Below, one piece after another: positions 61,621 to 64,000 of a stretch of 64,000 nt of DNA; position 1 is the stretch's first letter, and each line of letters begins with the position of its first letter. A program made the translations under genes and the position numbers. The notes beneath the pieces are model-generated. The model saw only the letters and a program-made list of their open reading frames with translations. It was not told the DNA's origin and did no database searches. The DNA comes from Tubiluchus corallicola (Eukaryota; Animalia; Priapulida), in assembly GCA_030141605.1 (NCBI GenBank), contig JAQGDQ010000035.1, positions 744,001 to 808,000 of the forward strand, in the 5' to 3' direction.

Positions 61621-62267
61621 TTACACGTAATTTATCAATGAAGGGAACGGAGGCTCGCAACAGAACTTAGTGACGCCCAGTAGTAGTGTTTCAGCATGGT
61701 TTACGCTTCCATTGTAGAAGCAAACTGATTTCATGTGTTGTTTCAAGTTGAGTGATCTGCCAAATTTACTGTTCACATAGTAAGGCACAGAAAGGGATAT
61801 TTTTGTTTGAATCATTCTTCATGCCGAATCGAAATGTTTGGTGATCAGTTTTAGAAATGCAGCCAAACACCTCGTCCACTATGTACTGCTTTGAAGTGTA
61901 GATGTTTGTTCCGAGCTTCCTGAGTTGGTGTTTTGTAAGAAAATCATTTTTATAAAATCTTGTGAATTCTTGAAATTGAGTTTAATGTAATTCAATCCAA
62001 TAAACGCATGAAAGTCATACCAATTTAGAAACTCCTTCTGCATTTCAGAAATACCAAAAACCTTCTGCATTCAAGGTAGCTATGCTAGCCATTATACTAC
62101 AGAGGTGCTCCACTTTTTACACTCAGGTGTCTTCGTCTCCAAGATTCTGTAAGCCACTAGAAGCACGTCAAATGGGAAAGCGTAGTCCACATCAAGAAAT
62201 AGAGTAAGATCAATCATATAAGCGAATGAAAGTAATACTAAATAATAAAGAATGTCAAAATTTTGTA

Positions 62268-62338
62268 CATCCACAGGGATTCGAACTCGAAAACTTCTGC
62301 CTTCCAAGCATCTATGTTAACCATTACACTCCACAGGC
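62268..62338 (-). mobile_element. tRNA-like SINE head; a second head lies at about 62483-62545
   Basis: Minus strand GGAGTGTAATGGTTA...GAGTTCGAATCCC; second copy AAGTTCGAATCCC. Confidence 0.5.
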
Positions 62339-63234
62339 ACTCGACTTTTCAGACTCAGAAATTTATTTCATAAGTCACATGAGGTGTGCCCCTTTCAACG
62401 GAGACTCATATTCCTCATTGCATTAAGATATGTGGCAAGCCCAATCCAATAACACTAAATTAGGAAGTCTGAAAAATGTTGCTCTACAATGGGATTCGAA
62501 CTTAAGACCTTCTGCTTTCTTGACAGCTATGACTCTATTCGAAGTAGTTTGCTGTTTTAAACATTTTAAAAAAGATGAATAAAATTTTGATTTAATTTTG
62601 TCCAAATTAATCATCATAGTTTTCTAAGGAAAAAAGGGGTTTCTCAGATTCAAGATAATACTAAACGAAATCTTATTTGGTGACTGTATCACGGGTCACG
62701 TGGCAAACAAGTACTGATAAGGCGATTGAACAATTAATGTGTTCATAGAATATATTTTTGCTACTTCGAATTTCATAAAATGGATAAAGCCGTCAAAGAT
62801 GCGTTAAAAGACCGAACTTTAATATCGATACAACAAAGATGCGTATTATAAACAACGCAAGCTTAGTCGAACGTCAGTAATTTAGGTGAGCAGCTTCAGC
62901 TTTTGATATAAGCTTTGAAAAGCTTCTCGGCGTTTAAATAGCCTTAGAGATTTATCAAACAAATGCGGTTGATACTCACTATGGAAAATGTGCCGTCAGA
63001 TGGCTTCTGATGTGTCTACTTATCTGACTGTGCAACTTTAATTATTAAACAGAACGTGTAAAGGACCGCTGAAAGCTAAGTAGTTTCGCCTTTGCAGTGA
63101 GAGTGATAGATTGTTTATATGTGTCGTCTTACTGTTAGAGCAATTTGTACGATATGCATCCTAATCTTTTGTGTGCTAGGATACATGCTTTGTCGCGTGC
63201 AAATAAGTGAATATACTTAGTGAACAAAGTTAAT

Positions 63235-63930
63235 AATGATAAATAATCATTTTATTGCCTAAATCCGTATAAAAATGTCTTTGGCGTACAAACATTTGAA
63301 ATTCACAAGAAATCTACGAACCATATTTTAGAGAACACAATTATGCAAATGCTTAAAAGAGTGACTTTAATACGTTATACAGACATAAATTAAAACAAAA
63401 AGTTAAAAAGCTTCTAAGAATAAAAATGTTGACGTTTAAAAACAGCAATACTGCGAGAGTTTTTTACCTTATCTGAAAGCATACACCATAAACGAGTGGC
63501 AGCACTGGAAAAAGATATATCTCCAATTGAAACAAGACTAGTTCTAGGTTGTACTAAAGTATTAATATGAGATGGGCTTAGCCGGCGGGCGGGATGGTGT
63601 GCCCTTTTGTAAAAGCTCAGACAAATAACTGGGAGCTTGTACATCCACGCATTTGTAGGTAAGAAGAAAAATTTTCAATTTAATTCTTTGATGGACTGAA
63701 AGCCAATGTAGTTCCATGAGGATGGGTGTTATATAACAGAATTTCTTGGTATGGGTCAGTAGGCGAGCTGAAGTTCTGAATGTAGCAAACTGATACTCCA
63801 TACGCAAGTGAATTGAAGTAATCACGACGTGAAGTTACAAAATTATAAATAAGCTCATCTTGTGTTTTAGAATCAAGAAAGTACATTATTTTACTTATAT
63901 TACACAAGTGTTCACATGTTTGTCCATAGT
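63235..63930 (-). mobile_element. 3' end of an L2-type LINE
   Basis: FVTSRRDYFNSL, ARLLTHTKKFCYITPILMELHWL...KIFLLTYK, FSSAATRLW; AATAAA and an attt-type tail at about 63255-63235. Confidence 0.85.
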
Positions 63931-64000
63931 TATATTCGAGTCAAATGTACAGCCCATACTCTTTAGTAGACGTTTATAGTTTTACTAGAAGCCAGGGTTG

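Overview
AT-rich, intron-containing animal DNA, most likely from a non-arthropod invertebrate. There is no prokaryotic organisation, rRNA or CRISPR array. I assembled three + strand multi-exon genes by hand from splice sites and codon phase. (1) A 12-exon K+-dependent Na+/Ca2+ exchanger (SLC24/NCKX, 1542-16093, about 677 aa) whose first coding intron appears to be GC-AG. (2) A 4-exon, 160-aa Ly6/uPAR (three-finger, quiver/sleepless-like) protein with a signal peptide and GPI-type tail (18191-27292); the ORF track misses it entirely. (3) RNF7/RBX2/SAG (3 exons, 113 aa, 34521-37345), preceded by a stack of Helitron-like elements. The introns and the whole of 38-64 kb hold decayed transposons: CR1/L2-type and RTE-X-type LINEs, pogo/Tigger, hAT, Kolobok with a THAP remnant, an IS3EU-like integrase, Helitron/Helentron-like elements and tRNA-derived SINE heads. 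Micro- and minisatellites explain most of the odd ORFs in the track. All family assignments come from motif recognition by eye, not from database searches.
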